Notes: a model not told the origin generated them from the sequence alone. DNA of 64,000 bases from Cyanidioschyzon merolae (GCA_000091205.1 AP006485.2), one strand, 5' to 3'. Positions 11,508 through 22,765 are shown, counted from the stretch's first letter. Made by a program: numbers and translations.

Positions 11508-12680
11508 TTGAGAGTGTGGGCGTTGTCTGATGCAATGCAGACCGGGGGTTTCCCCAGCCCTAGTGTGCAACGCGTTCCAAAAGACGTGTTCTGCTTGATG
11601 GATACTGAGCGTTTTGATCAGCGGCCGACTTGTTGCATCGTACGCGAGTCCCGATGCCAGAGCGGAGGCAGCCTTTTCCGCCAGCCTGTGTCAATGGAGA
11701 TGTACATTCGCGGGCTCGCGTCTGCTGACCTTGATTCCAGTTTAGTGCGCTTTCGGCATGAGTCTGTGAGCAATTCATCACCGGACGAGATCAAGTGTTT
11801 CCCCTGCCTATCCAGCGCTGCGAGTGATTGCGTGCGCATGTTGCCTCGCGATAGAACAATTGGCAACTTGAAGAACGTCTGCTTCGAGCTTGCGACATGG
11901 AAGGGAAACGCAAGAATCGGGGCCTGTACATATGAATGGGTTTTCATTTTGATTACTGTACGAAGCCTTGCACGAGGGCATCGCTCATCTTCATCATGAT
12001 AGCAATCACGTAACGTTTCCCAGTGACACAGCGTCTAAGGAGCCACTCGGAAAAATCGGTCTAGCATCGTAGAACTAGGCGTGAATCCGTAAATCCTAAC
12101 TGCCGCACTTGGATTGTCAAGGCTGTCTGTGTATAAAAATAAGGTCCGAACATCAACGAAAAGCAGGTGTAGAACGAGCAGTCCCGTTTTCTCGTTTTAC
12201 CGGACCCGCGCGCATGGCGGATGTGCTTCTGCAGCGTGTTTGCGTTCGGTGCCGTTGGCGCGCGTTGCGAGGCTTGCGTTCTTATTTTATGAAAGCTGGT
12301 GGTTCTCAGGTTATTGTGGATACGTTTGTGGTGGCTTGTCTCGGTCTTGCGGGAGCCATTATTGGTCTGGAGTACGCTTTGGACGGTGACGAAGCCGCCT
12401 ACAGCGAACTCACCAACGGCAAGGACGAGGTTGCCGGCGATGCCGTTCGGGCACACGTACGTGCAACGTGGCGCAGCGCTGCACTTTCGCGGGTAGCGCA
12501 AGTGCCTGGCGGGACCTGAAACTGGTTTTTGACGAGCACGTCGCACCGGAGCTACCCAAGATGTTCCGTTTGATCGGACAGCAGTGGCTGACCCCGAAAA
12601 CTGCCTGGTTGTGGTCCGTGGTAAGCAGCTGGTGGGCAATCGCCTGAAAGGATGCGTGGTTCGTGCAGCGAGGCAAAAGC

Positions 12681-12803
12681 TGCGGCAGGTGAGACTCGAA
12701 CTCACGACCTTAGGATAGCTTTCTTGGGCTCGTGTTATGAGACCTACGCGCTGTGGCACTGAAACTGAACTGGACAAAGTTTAACCAACTGCGCTACTGC
12801 CGC
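12681..12803 (-). tRNA. tRNA-Met (anticodon CAU, elongator-like) interrupted by two introns: about 30 nt in the D-loop and 19 nt at 37/38
   Basis: The reverse complement reads GCGGCAG-TA-GCGC-AGTTGGTTA[aactttgtccagttcagtttcagtgccaca]GCGC-G-TAGGT-CTCATA[acacgagcccaagaaagct]A-TCCTA-AGGTC-GTGAG-TTCGAGT-CTCAC-CTGCCGC-A. The 7-bp acceptor stem is fully paired (GCGGCAG/CTGCCGC). An A-box (TAGCGCAGTTGG) and B-box (GAGTTCGAGTCTC) are present. The anticodon stem TAGGT/TCCTA carries the usual 31-39 non-Watson-Crick pair of elongator tRNA-Met, and the anticodon loop is CTCATAA. With both insertions removed the mature length is 74 nt. Confidence 0.7.
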
Positions 12804-14750
12804 TGATGGGAAATGCTTGCGATAATCTAGATATAAAGCCCATTGCGCCCAGGTTCGTTGCACCGACGGCGCGTGCGTTTGTTCGTGCTCGATTCTGTGC
12901 GCTAGGTTTCACCAACCGTTTCAGCATGATGTCCCTTGTATGGTGCAACTTGATTGAATTCGCACCACTTTGGACAGGTTCGGCCTCGGTGCGCACCTTG
13001 TTGCGCAGATGGGATGCTTGCTTCATGACGTCAGTGCTATGATCCCCTGTCGTGAGGTACAGATGCGCATGAAGCGATAGCGCCCTTTTGCGGGTGCACG
13101 GCTGGTGTGCCGGAATGTGCACTCATCTGGTCAGCGTAAATTTATCATGCGGCATGCTTGCACCCAAGTCGACGTATACACGGACGAGCACGACCTTGCG
13201 TCAGTTATTTTTGGGGTACGGAGTAGGGCGCTGCATGATCGTGTAGACGAACCGGGGGATTCCCGATTGCGCCATGGTTATCGGTATCCGCGAAAGCGTT
13301 CATCATTCTGCACGGGACCGCTGCGTTTCAGGAGCCAATGCCGATAACTTCTTTTCGGAATTAGGGTTTGTTCGTCCAATTTTCCTGGTGCCGAGCGCCT
13401 GCCGTGTGCGCCCACTAGGTTGCCACTAGCGTCGATATGGTTATCGCATGGCAACGGAGCGGCTTTTCCATACCATGATTGAAGAAAGCTCGAGGCATCA
13501 GCCTGCGTGTACACGCCCGCGGGCTCGCGGAACGCGTCTCTCACGGACGACTCGGATATGCACTGGCACCGGAGCTGCTGTATTTGCAGCTGCATACCAA
13601 ATCGATGCTCCTTCGCCTACGAGCTGGTGCGTCACATAAAAAGCAAACGAAATTCCTAGGTACCGTCATATCTTCGGGACGGCACAGCGTTGCAGGTTGG
13701 TCGAGCAGTCGCCCAAACTTTGGTTTGAGGCGACGCGGGTCGACGGACAACATAATGGTAACGCCCGACATGCGGCGGTTCCTGGAGGGTTTCGCCGTTT
13801 TCCTGGACGGCGTAACAGGGAGCACTCGTGATTCAAGCTGACACCGAGACAGCGGCCCCAGGCGGTCACTTTTAGACGTCCATGGTAAGTGCCATAAAAC
13901 AGTGCGAGGCTCTCACGCAGATCCGTGTCGATGATGCTACCAGATACGTTTGCTCATCAGCTTGGCCGCTCTTTCCGACGTTTCCGTGGCCGTATCCACC
14001 TATTCGATGTCCATTGGCAAGCACATTTGGTCATAGAGCACTCGCTAGCAAACAGCATAGCACAGCACTGCAGATCCTCGGCAGTTCCTGGTGCACCGCT
14101 CACACCGGTGACGCATCGCGAGTGCGCACCGCATCCTGTGCCTCGTGCTGAACTAGGTCCGTTTGATCGCATGGCATTCGCGAAAGACGCATGCAGATGG
14201 TGTGTATCGCGTTTGGCAGAGGGCTATGTTATTCAAACCAGTGAACCTGAAACAGTCTGTCATTGAGATGTTTATCGACAAACGCGTGGATGCGGCATCC
14301 TATCGTTCGCGGAGCGTCCTGTCATAGTGCCAGCGAAGAGTCGGAACTCTTACGCGAGCAGAGCTGCATTCGTTTTATTTTGCAAGCAGCCCCGGACCGT
14401 GCAGCTGCTTGCATTCTTCTGCAGATTTACATCCATCGAGGAGCGTCAAATCGTTCCGGCTGAAGCGCACAGAAACGTCGCGCGAAAGCATGTATCCGAG
14501 GATGTCGGGTGACTCCAACGGCGAACAACATCCCAGCCATTGCCGCCTACGATACGATTTGGGTAAGGCGCTTATGGAAACAGGTCGGGCCGATGCAGCC
14601 CATTTATGCACAGGCACTTGCTCTTCGTTGTATTGACCTATAGTGCAGTCCACTGCTATTGCAATGTTCATGTACACATGCTCTAGATTATCTACCGAGA
14701 TCATGCGGGTAGGCCGCAGCGTAGTCTCCAGAAAGCTCATGGAAACAGTT

Positions 14751-15875
14751 TCATGGATGAATAGTATCTTTGAATTCAAAGAACGAGTCATGCATGCGAA
14801 TGAAAGAGTACTCCTCGCATGACCCACAACACCAGTATAAATTAGGTTCTTTGTGAAAGATAGCGAACCCGGCGTGCATAAAACCTCGGAAAAACTCATC
14901 CAATTCTGGGATAGAGGCGAAACCCGCGTGCACTTCGATAAGGACTTGATTCACGTGCCGCAGCGCGTGCCAGGTTCTCAAGGCATATTGCTCTTCAGAG
15001 CTGAGTTCACGTTGGCTCCGTCCTTGGCGAAGGAGCTTGTCGGCTGCCCGGAACGCTCCCAAGAAAGAGGTGAACTCACCACCCTCGATATCGATCTTGA
15101 GCACCTCGACGACGTTTGGCAGCTCCAGGTGACCCAATCCAGACATGATCTCCGCCAGCGAATTGTTGCTCTCAGCCGGGCCAAGCGGCCGGCGAAAAAA
15201 ACGAACGCGTTCCAGAAAGCTCTCGGAGTGCATCGCAGATGGTGGCGATGATGTTGGGTCAAAGACGAAAAAATCGCAGTCCGGCAAGCGTTCATGAAGC
15301 TTCGTTTCGAAACTGAAATCGTCGTTGCTACCAAAACTGTAAACAATGCAGCGATACGGGAGCCTGAGCTGCTCACGAAACAGCCGTCCCCGGTTCAGGA
15401 TAGCAGGTGGGTCGCACACCCATTTGCCACCGTCTCCGTTGTTACCGATCCGTTCCTCTAAGGTACAGCCGATATCCGGTTCCCAGTTATTGTAGAAAAA
15501 AACCGACGGGTTTGGTTCGAGGGTAACGGTCTGGCGCTTTCGCTGACGTTGTGACCGAATCCTCCGTTGGGCCCAGAGCGCGTCCGACTCGCACCAGAAG
15601 CCGAGCGACTCTTTCAGTGCTCGCGTGTCCTTCGAAGTCACTGGTAGGGTCCGGTCCCAAATCTCCGTCAGGGTTTTCGCGTTGCGCAAAGAGCTCCCAC
15701 GACGAAGAGCCCTCGACACGGAGCGAACGCAGCTGTCATCCACGGCGGGAAGATCCGCGCGCTGGACACCACTAGAGCGTCCGTTGAGAACACTAGTAGC
15801 GCGGTATATTACGATAAGAGCATAAATAAGAAAAGTCAAAGCCCCTGAAGCGATGCACGGTTTTCGCCACGTCAT
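14751..15875 (-). CDS. Type II membrane protein with FkbM-family (Methyltransf_21) methyltransferase-like domain
   Basis: The ORF runs 14751-16115, but the first about 80 codons overlap the 3' end of the Fanzor-like gene on the same strand and use a non-ATG start, so I begin the call at the internal Met (MTWRKPCIASGALTFLIYALIVIY, a signal-anchor). The domain carries CIVYSFGSNDDFSFE ... NVVEVLKIDIEGGEFTSFLGAF ... VNQVLIEVHAG, which fits the FkbM/Methyltransf_21 pattern (LKiDvEGaE ... iE.H). Confidence 0.5.
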   Translation of the reverse strand: MTWRKPCIASGALTFLIYALIVIYRATSVLNGRSSGVQRADLPAVDDSCVRSVSRALRRGSSLRNAKTLTEIWDRTLPVTSKDTRALKESLGFWCESDALWAQRRIRSQRQRKRQTVTLEPNPSVFFYNNWEPDIGCTLEERIGNNGDGGKWVCDPPAILNRGRLFREQLRLPYRCIVYSFGSNDDFSFETKLHERLPDCDFFVFDPTSSPPSAMHSESFLERVRFFRRPLGPAESNNSLAEIMSGLGHLELPNVVEVLKIDIEGGEFTSFLGAFRAADKLLRQGRSQRELSSEEQYALRTWHALRHVNQVLIEVHAGFASIPELDEFFRGFMHAGFAIFHKEPNLYWCCGSCEEYSFIRMHDSFFEFKDTIHP

Positions 15876-16024
15876 GCCGGCCACTGAAAACAAACGTCTT
15901 TCAAAAGAAAAACGTTGCCGCCAACGGTGTACAGTAGTGACGGGAAACGCGCCGTAAGCAAATCGTCTCCAGCTGAGGTGCAGACGCATCCCAGTCTTTT
16001 TCGACCGTCCACCTACTACGTCTT

Positions 16025-18149
16025 TCATTTTCTTCTCATATAATTCCACTTTGAGAGGTCGCCCCACAGGTTCTCTCGTGTCGAATCTGGAGGTCTTTTC
16101 TCCAGCACCGCACATCTCCTGATATTGATAGCGACATTAAAGTCTCGGTTCACAAACTCCATGCGTTTCTTGCCATCTTTGGTTGTACTTACTAATACAA
16201 GTAGCCCACGAACGTTCGCCCTCCTTTCCATTTGCTCCTCCGTCAGCGGTCCGTACTTTGCTATTTCGTCGGGGCTCCTCTGGCACTTTTCCATCTCGAT
16301 CCTTTGAAGTGTACAACACAGTTCATGGTGTGTATACGATGTTCGGAACTCATCTACAGGTATTGTAACTAACCGGTCTGCACACCCCTTGTACGTTCTT
16401 GTCGTTGGAGCTGGTGTACACTCTTTTTCAGACGCCTAGCGCCCTGCTCCGTATGCTACTACCAGCCTTTGACTTTCATCCTCTTTGAAGGCACTCAGCT
16501 GATTGAAAAAGTTCGCGAACGCACACTGCTTGCCAACGTATAGATTCATACGCAATCGAGACCACCGGGGCTTTGTATACTCTTTCCACAGTGCCTCCCA
16601 ATGACCAACGCGAACTTTCATGAACTCCCGAAAAGCTTGAAAGTCGGCTCCGCGGCTCGTCACCTCGCCCAAAGCTTCCAGGTGCTCTTTCATTCCTGCA
16701 TTCCATGTCTCGATTTCCTTCCACGCATTCTTTATACCGGATTCTCGATAGTATCTCGCTCTCGAGAACCTCAAAAGACGCATGTCTTTCTGAATGAAGT
16801 TGCCGTCTGGACCATCTTCCGCACGCCTGGGTACAGCGATGGCTGTGACATTCGTATTCCCAGGGTCCGCGCCCACGACAAAGTCGTTATACTTCCTTTT
16901 CTGTGTGGCACAATCCGCCTCCTTCTCATCTTCATACCTCGTCACGTCAACGACAACGTCGTCATCCTGCACTTCCTGTGTCGCAGGATCCGTCTCTTTG
17001 TTTTCTTCATGCTTCGTCATGGGCGAAGCCGAAGGCTCGATAGGACGATACGCCCTCAAGCGCTTGCAGTCTACACAAATGGATACTCCATCGGTTTCGA
17101 TCATCCCCGTGAATACCCTCTGCTTGCTAATTTTGAGACGTTTGAAACTGAAGATATTCTTCCAGTACGTCTCCCGGTTTTCACCGGAGAATTCCTCCCT
17201 GCTGGCATTGAACTCGGGACTGATCTACTTCATGATGCCGTAGACGACTCTGGAGCCGATATAAACAAAATGGGGCTGTATGTTCCATAACGGGATGACG
17301 TAGAAGCGCTTCACCATTAGGAAAGCCCTCGGTCTCTCGCGCTCTTCATTTTTTCCTCACTCAGCTTCATCTCCGTCTTGCGTTCGAGTTTTCGGTCCAG
17401 AAACACGAAATACCGCAGAATGAGGCGATAGTGTCTTTCCATATCTTTTTTCAACTCTGGTACCTTTTCTGCTGGATTCGCCAGCCCAAAAACTGCATGG
17501 TGCTCTTGTATTGCCGCACGGATTACAGAAGCTTCATTCGTGCTCCTGCGTGGCGCCTTCTTGTCACCAAATTCGACCTCATCTTCATGCTTACGATCAT
17601 TCGTGATGCCTTGAAAATCGCACATTTTCCATCGCGAGATAGACCCGGGTAGAGTGCAAACACGGCGCGTATCATGAAACGTTCGAGGTTCACTGTCAAA
17701 TGGTGTTTCAGGTCCGTGATTTACTTCATCGCCCCGTATATGTAGATATTTCCGTCACCGCTGTATCGATTACCCTCGAAGGGGAATTCCACGAAGATTT
17801 CGTGGAGAGCATGCACTAGCTCATTTTCCCTCCGCATACCCCCTGTACCAAGCATCAGTTGACGAATAAACGTCTTGTCGAAAAACTCGTCCGAAACCTC
17901 GACTCTTTCCATGTGCGTCACATCGCGATGCATCGCCCTCACCAAATGCATTAGCCCTGACGATGCGTTTATAATACTTTTGGAGTACGAATCGACACAT
18001 GGTCTCTGATAGCGTCTCGCAAATTTTGCTTGTACTGATCCTTGGTATGTCAAAGAAGACCAGCTTTCACCACCATCTCGTCGCACAGGTGTCTTTTTCG
18101 CCGCCTTCGACGTTGGACCTCCCCTTTCGGTCCTTTTTCTTCTCTTCAT
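16025..18149 (-). mobile_element. TnpB/Fanzor-like RuvC nuclease gene (copy 2, near full-length, about 700 codons). It is split into ORFs 17721-18149, 17317-17625 and 16436-17104 + 16025-16294; the last two share a frame and are separated by a single TAG.
   Basis: Going N to C on the minus strand, the coding sequence shows: a basic NLS-like N-terminus (MKRRKRTERGGPTSKAAKKTPVRR); a RuvC-I-like [21 protein letters not shown] ('G-x-D-P-G', the Fanzor-typical variant of TnpB GIDLG) with Asp at about 16853; the Fanzor/TnpB bridge-helix pattern [26 protein letters not shown] (compare R..L.r.h.K.an.r.d..hK); an in-frame TAG at 16436-16438; RTYKGCADRLVTIPVDEFRTSYTHHELCC (compare TnpB LeYKAee.G..V..VdP.yTSq.C..C); and a RuvC-III-like MEFVNRDFNVAINIRRC with Asp at about 16143. 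The frame changes twice upstream (near 17105-17316 and 17626-17720), by frameshifts or short introns. The gene sits between AT-rich flanks. Confidence 0.65.
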
Positions 18150-19930
18150 TTTCTTCTGGACTCGGTACTGTTTTTTATTTTTTTCTGGCAGCCTGCGACA
18201 CTGGGCCTCCAGGATTATGTACTTGCTTTTTCATAACTTTGCTTTTTTAGTTTTTTTAAGAAGAAAGCCCTTTGAACGCTTCTGGTACACACTGCGAAAA
18301 AATTTGAGTAGACTTGTTTGAAGTTTGAAACACAAATGCAACCGAAAAACTGTACTTGGCTATGAACTCAACGAAAATACAACTTTTACATCAGAGCGAC
18401 ACGCTAGAGATCAAGATCACGTTTCCAGTCATCGTCGGCGATATGCGTCATGTCTCAAGCCTGTCTGATCTCCCAGCTGCGCTCGCTGTGCGCGATGCGT
18501 GCACCGCGCGAGACGCCTCACCGATCGATGAAGGACACGTGTCCGACACCCCGCCGTGGCACATGCGTGTTCGCATCGCACTGCAGCTGAAATAAAGTCT
18601 CGTAGATCGGAAACTCACGTGGAACGATCTCTTGCTATAGGCTATGTCGCTGATGCACATCGCAGTACGGACCTGACATACAAGGAGATGCAGGGGCCTG
18701 GCACGATTGCCCGCGATGCTTCTATCAAAGGCGTAGTCACTGTAGCACCTTACGCTTGTGCGAGTGAGGTATGCATCACCCTACTGAATAGGAGTTTCGT
18801 TCGTTTTATTGATCGTGAAAAAACTGTGTGCCGTAGTCTTCCCGACTACGGATATACGTTTATTCCCGTTTCTTGCAGTCCATTCCGCTCAGACGCTGGA
18901 ATGAGAAACTGGTTTGAATTGTGTTTCTATCCGGCGCCAGGCCAGCAAGTGTCGAGCAACCCACCGCAAATTCGTTCTGATCGATGGAATGTGCTTACGG
19001 CTCAATGATCCGAGAATTCACGACGAGTACCGACACCCGGGAAATCTGCCGCCATTGCGCACCAGCTCTGCGATTTCCACCAGTCACATCGCGTGCCTCA
19101 TCTCCGACATTCTGCTTTTCCGACGTTCCATTGTGCCCTGCGACTGCCGTGAGCGTTCGAAACAGCGCCCAAACCGCTGGATCGGGCGTAGCACAGAGAC
19201 CGACAGACATACCCCCTACTGGATTGGAGCCGGGAGCCATCGCTCACACGTAGCACTGCTCATTGCCGATCTCATCTGAATACTCCGTGACCACATTATA
19301 GTGATGGAAAGCGGCAACGTCTAAGGCCAGTGAAGAAGAACGTGCAACGAATAGGTCGCAAAACGTGATTCCCCGCAGCATGCGATGTTGGACGATTAGA
19401 CAATTCTCGGCGATGTATAAGTGACTACATAACCGAGTCGTAGCCAGGGCTAATAGTACCGACAGCCCCGCTGCTTTTTTTCTATGAACAGCAGTTTGCC
19501 CCCGTTTTGAATTATCCATATACAAATCTACCAAGTCTACCGAATAAAGTCTCATAAATTGAGACGGCAAAATGCCCCTGGTGGAAGAAACTTTCTCGTT
19601 GCAGTGCGAAATCGATCGTGCGCTGTTCAAGGTGCTGCAGCTACAAGTAGTAGCCTGCCATCTTCTTCGTTCACTCGTGTCGCTTCACCGCAATTTGTAT
19701 CAACCGTTCGAAAACCTCTCATCCAGCGGCTTCTTTGGAGGTACGTCATGGATATCATCCGGGCTGAAATACATGAAAGACGGGACGCTCATGTAGAGAG
19801 CTTTTGAAACTTGCTGTGGTCGGTGCAAGTCGTTCAAGGAACGGACTACGAGAGGGGTACCTCATACGTCTGCTGTCCGCACTATGTCTGGTCTGGACAA
19901 GTAAAGGCGTTTTGCTCCGAAGCCAGCCAG

Positions 19931-19954
19931 CCAGCCAGCCAGCATAAAGTCATC
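19931..19954. repeat. (AGCC)6 tetranucleotide microsatellite
   Basis: agccagccagccagccagccagcc in a gene-free stretch. Confidence 0.9.
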
Positions 19955-21307
19955 TCGCGACCTTTCACCGATCTACAATGTACAATCCACGTTTTGAATA
20001 CCTGTGCGAAAAACAAACAATTACACGTTTAGCGTGTTGATACATGTTCTTGCAAGTGCGCTGCTCTGAGTAAAAAGTCTCGTGATCGGTAGGAAGCATT
20101 CAAGATTTTTAACTTCTGAACCGCAACCTCGTGAGAAATTGCCGAGGCGCGGGTACGGCACCCTCCACTAGCGGGAATACGGTCTGTCTGGGAACCTCGT
20201 TCCTCTCTGGTACCGCAGGTGTGCAGTAGTGCATCCCGGATGCGTCCTGATCCTTCGCCCAAAAGACCTGCCGAGTGTGGCACTGCCGATCGCGAGTCTA
20301 AAACTGCTGTCGCTAAGAGCGATACGCAGGGTTCGCTCAGCAAGCACTGGTTGCCCCAGCAAGCGCTTGGGCTGGTATGCACGCCGCTGCAGTGACCCCA
20401 CGTTTGTCTCTTGGTGCTTTTCGTCATGGCTTTTATTCCGAATGATTGAGCATTCACTCAATACCCCAGAGAAAGACCGGGCGGATGGAGGATGATCGTG
20501 ATTGGCTCACGTCCTCCTCGCACGCATTGCTTCTTCGACAGACTCCCCTGACGCGAAATCTAGTCCATGGTCAGGAATCCCGTCTTGCTTGGCTGGTTGT
20601 ATTGATGACGCATCATGCGCATTGCGTGAACGCTTTCAGCTTGCGCTCACAAAGCCGACGGTCTGTAGCCAAATGATGAGGAGGCAGAATCGAGAACGGA
20701 ATACGCTGTCATTTTGGAGCGTCGCACGGAACGCATGCTCTCTATGAAGACCGCGATACTACGCAGGTATCTCGCTAATGATAGGTCGCGTACGAGGCGC
20801 TTGTGCATAGCTGCAACCTGTTACGTGTGCGGAAAGCTGAATGAATGCATCCAAGTGCCGTCTCTGGTTGCGTTTTTGAAAAGAGGGTCCAAACAAAGCC
20901 CCTGTTGTGTGGTCCCGCCCCGATGACTTTGCAAGCCATGCTGTCGGTAGATTCCCTTCGAAAAGAGCTCAACAGCTCGAGCACGATGCTTACGTATGTC
21001 CAGTGATTCAGAGGCGCCTTGCCAGCTGCTAGGAGCAATGCCGGTTGGATCCATGACACACGTCTCGCAGATGCGTCGAGAATGTTGAATGCCCGCAGGG
21101 CCCCGAGTCGAGCGATCAGGGAAGCGCATGCTCGAGGAGCCACACACGCGCCTGACGACCCGCTGATACTCTAGCATATAGACACACAGATCTCAAGACA
21201 CACAAATAAAGAGCCGCAGATATGCGATACACTCACAAGCCAGCGACCTGCACCGCACAGATCTGGCTTCGTGTGTGAAGAGCGCCTCGCCTGTTCATCT
21301 CCGGGGT

Positions 21308-22765
21308 TCACGATGACGTGGAAAATTCAAAGTCTTCGAGATCCGCATCAGCTGCGACGTTCTCAACCGCAGCACCAGGAGAGAGCGGCAAAGCAAATGC
21401 TTGCCTTTCTCTCCGAGTTTTATGCTTCCAGACATGGAACACGACTTCATCGTCAACATCAGCGACCGATAGCGGGGCAGCGTCGGTAGCAGGATTCTCA
21501 TCCATCACAACTTCTTCTGCGCTCGGTGAAGGCTCGCAGACATCAAGATCAAAAGCGTTATCCCAGTTTGAAACGATCTGGGCTCCAAGCTGCTGCGACG
21601 AAGGCAGTCCAACGTGCTTCGGCCACGTATAGTATGGGATTCTGCCAGTTGCCCAATCTTGCACCAGGACTCGAGCTGCTGCTTCGAGATCAAGAACTCC
21701 CGCTTTGCGTAACAACCCACGCCTTTTTGCAAGCAGTGCCAAGAACTGCGTGGCAAAAGATTCCTCTCGAGTAGCTTCGTTTGCAGCAACCATATCGCAC
21801 ATCGAAAATGCAGGCATTTCGTAGAGTAGAGAGAGCGCTCCATCCGCGTTATACTGACATCGTTCGAGTACCAGGCGAGCCGCAGCCACCGGATCGCTGA
21901 GCTCCTCAACAGCGAGAAATCCAGCGAGCGCCATTCGACTTTCGTCTCGAGAGCCAGATGTCGCATTGGCAACTGGCTCGGGTGAGCCCGCGGCTTTCGT
22001 CTGCTCCACCTCCACCACGGGTGCTGGATCGATTTCCTGCACATCGTCCAGCACAACACCAGGCGAGTCCAGCAACCGGATGTTGCTATCAAGCCGAACC
22101 TCCTGCAGTGTTTTGGTGATACCCGGACGGGCGCCAGTCGCCACAGCACCTTGTTCACGGCAGAGGGCGTTCAGTAGACTTGACTTGCCCACATTCGGTT
22201 TGCCGACGATGCCTACAGTGATGGTGCTGCTGGATGATTGCTTGTCCGCACGCCGTTTCGCATAGAGCTTGAGCAGCTGCACCAGCTGCGAGAGCTGTTT
22301 TGGTTGTACTGCGCTACCTGGCTGCCGCGGGCCCCGGTGCTGACCAGTCTGATCGAGGCCTTCATGCATCGCCAATGTCGGGTACTCGGCCCGAAGTCGA
22401 CACAGCCAGGCCTGGAGAGCTTCACGTGGAACCAGGTCCGCTTTGCTGAGCACCAATATCAGCCGTTTCCCGCCAGCAGCTCGCGCACCCTCGTGACGTA
22501 CCAGCAGCTCGAGCGCTGAAGATCGGCTCTCCAGCGGGTTCCGGGCGTCGAGCACCTCGACAACGACATCCGAAAACTCCACGACACGACGAAGCGCTGC
22601 AGCAAAAGACCGCCTCGAGCGCGCAACTTCGCGGAACACCGGAGTCTTCTCGAGTGCATTCGCACCGGATAACGCAGGAGCGGACACGGGCGACTCGCCC
22701 AAGGAGCCCGCTTCTGCCGTCACCGTCGATCGCAGGGCCAGTCGTCGCGCTGCCTGCTCCAGCAA
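21308..22765 (-). CDS. Circularly permuted GTPase of the YlqF/RbgA (HSR1_MMR1) family, a likely nucleolar ribosome-biogenesis GTPase (GNL/NOG2/LSG1-like)
   Basis: The G-motif order is permuted: DARNPLESRS and G4 LVLSKADLV come before G1 GIVGKPNVGKSSLLNAL, G2 PGITKT and G3 LDSPGVV. This arrangement and the fPNVGKSS signature are characteristic of the family. A long acidic C-terminal tail follows. Confidence 0.8.
   Translation of the reverse strand: MLEQAARRLALRSTVTAEAGSLGESPVSAPALSGANALEKTPVFREVARSRRSFAAALRRVVEFSDVVVEVLDARNPLESRSSALELLVRHEGARAAGGKRLILVLSKADLVPREALQAWLCRLRAEYPTLAMHEGLDQTGQHRGPRQPGSAVQPKQLSQLVQLLKLYAKRRADKQSSSSTITVGIVGKPNVGKSSLLNALCREQGAVATGARPGITKTLQEVRLDSNIRLLDSPGVVLDDVQEIDPAPVVEVEQTKAAGSPEPVANATSGSRDESRMALAGFLAVEELSDPVAAARLVLERCQYNADGALSLLYEMPAFSMCDMVAANEATREESFATQFLALLAKRRGLLRKAGVLDLEAAARVLVQDWATGRIPYYTWPKHVGLPSSQQLGAQIVSNWDNAFDLDVCEPSPSAEEVVMDENPATDAAPLSVADVDDEVVFHVWKHKTRRERQAFALPLSPGAAVENVAADADLEDFEFSTSS

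Noticed and set aside
12061-12777. 238-aa minus-strand ORF
   Set aside because: It overlaps the tRNA-Met gene on the same strand and has no motif. It is a GC-driven spurious ORF.
16354-16429. Plus-strand intron-like signals (CAG|GTATTGT ... TAACTAAC branch-like ... TTTTTCAG) inside the Fanzor-like locus
   Set aside because: The gene is on the minus strand. This interval is in-frame coding sequence for the nuclease (47 sense codons between the TAG and the next Met). The plus-strand ORF here (16601-17290) is antisense to the nuclease.
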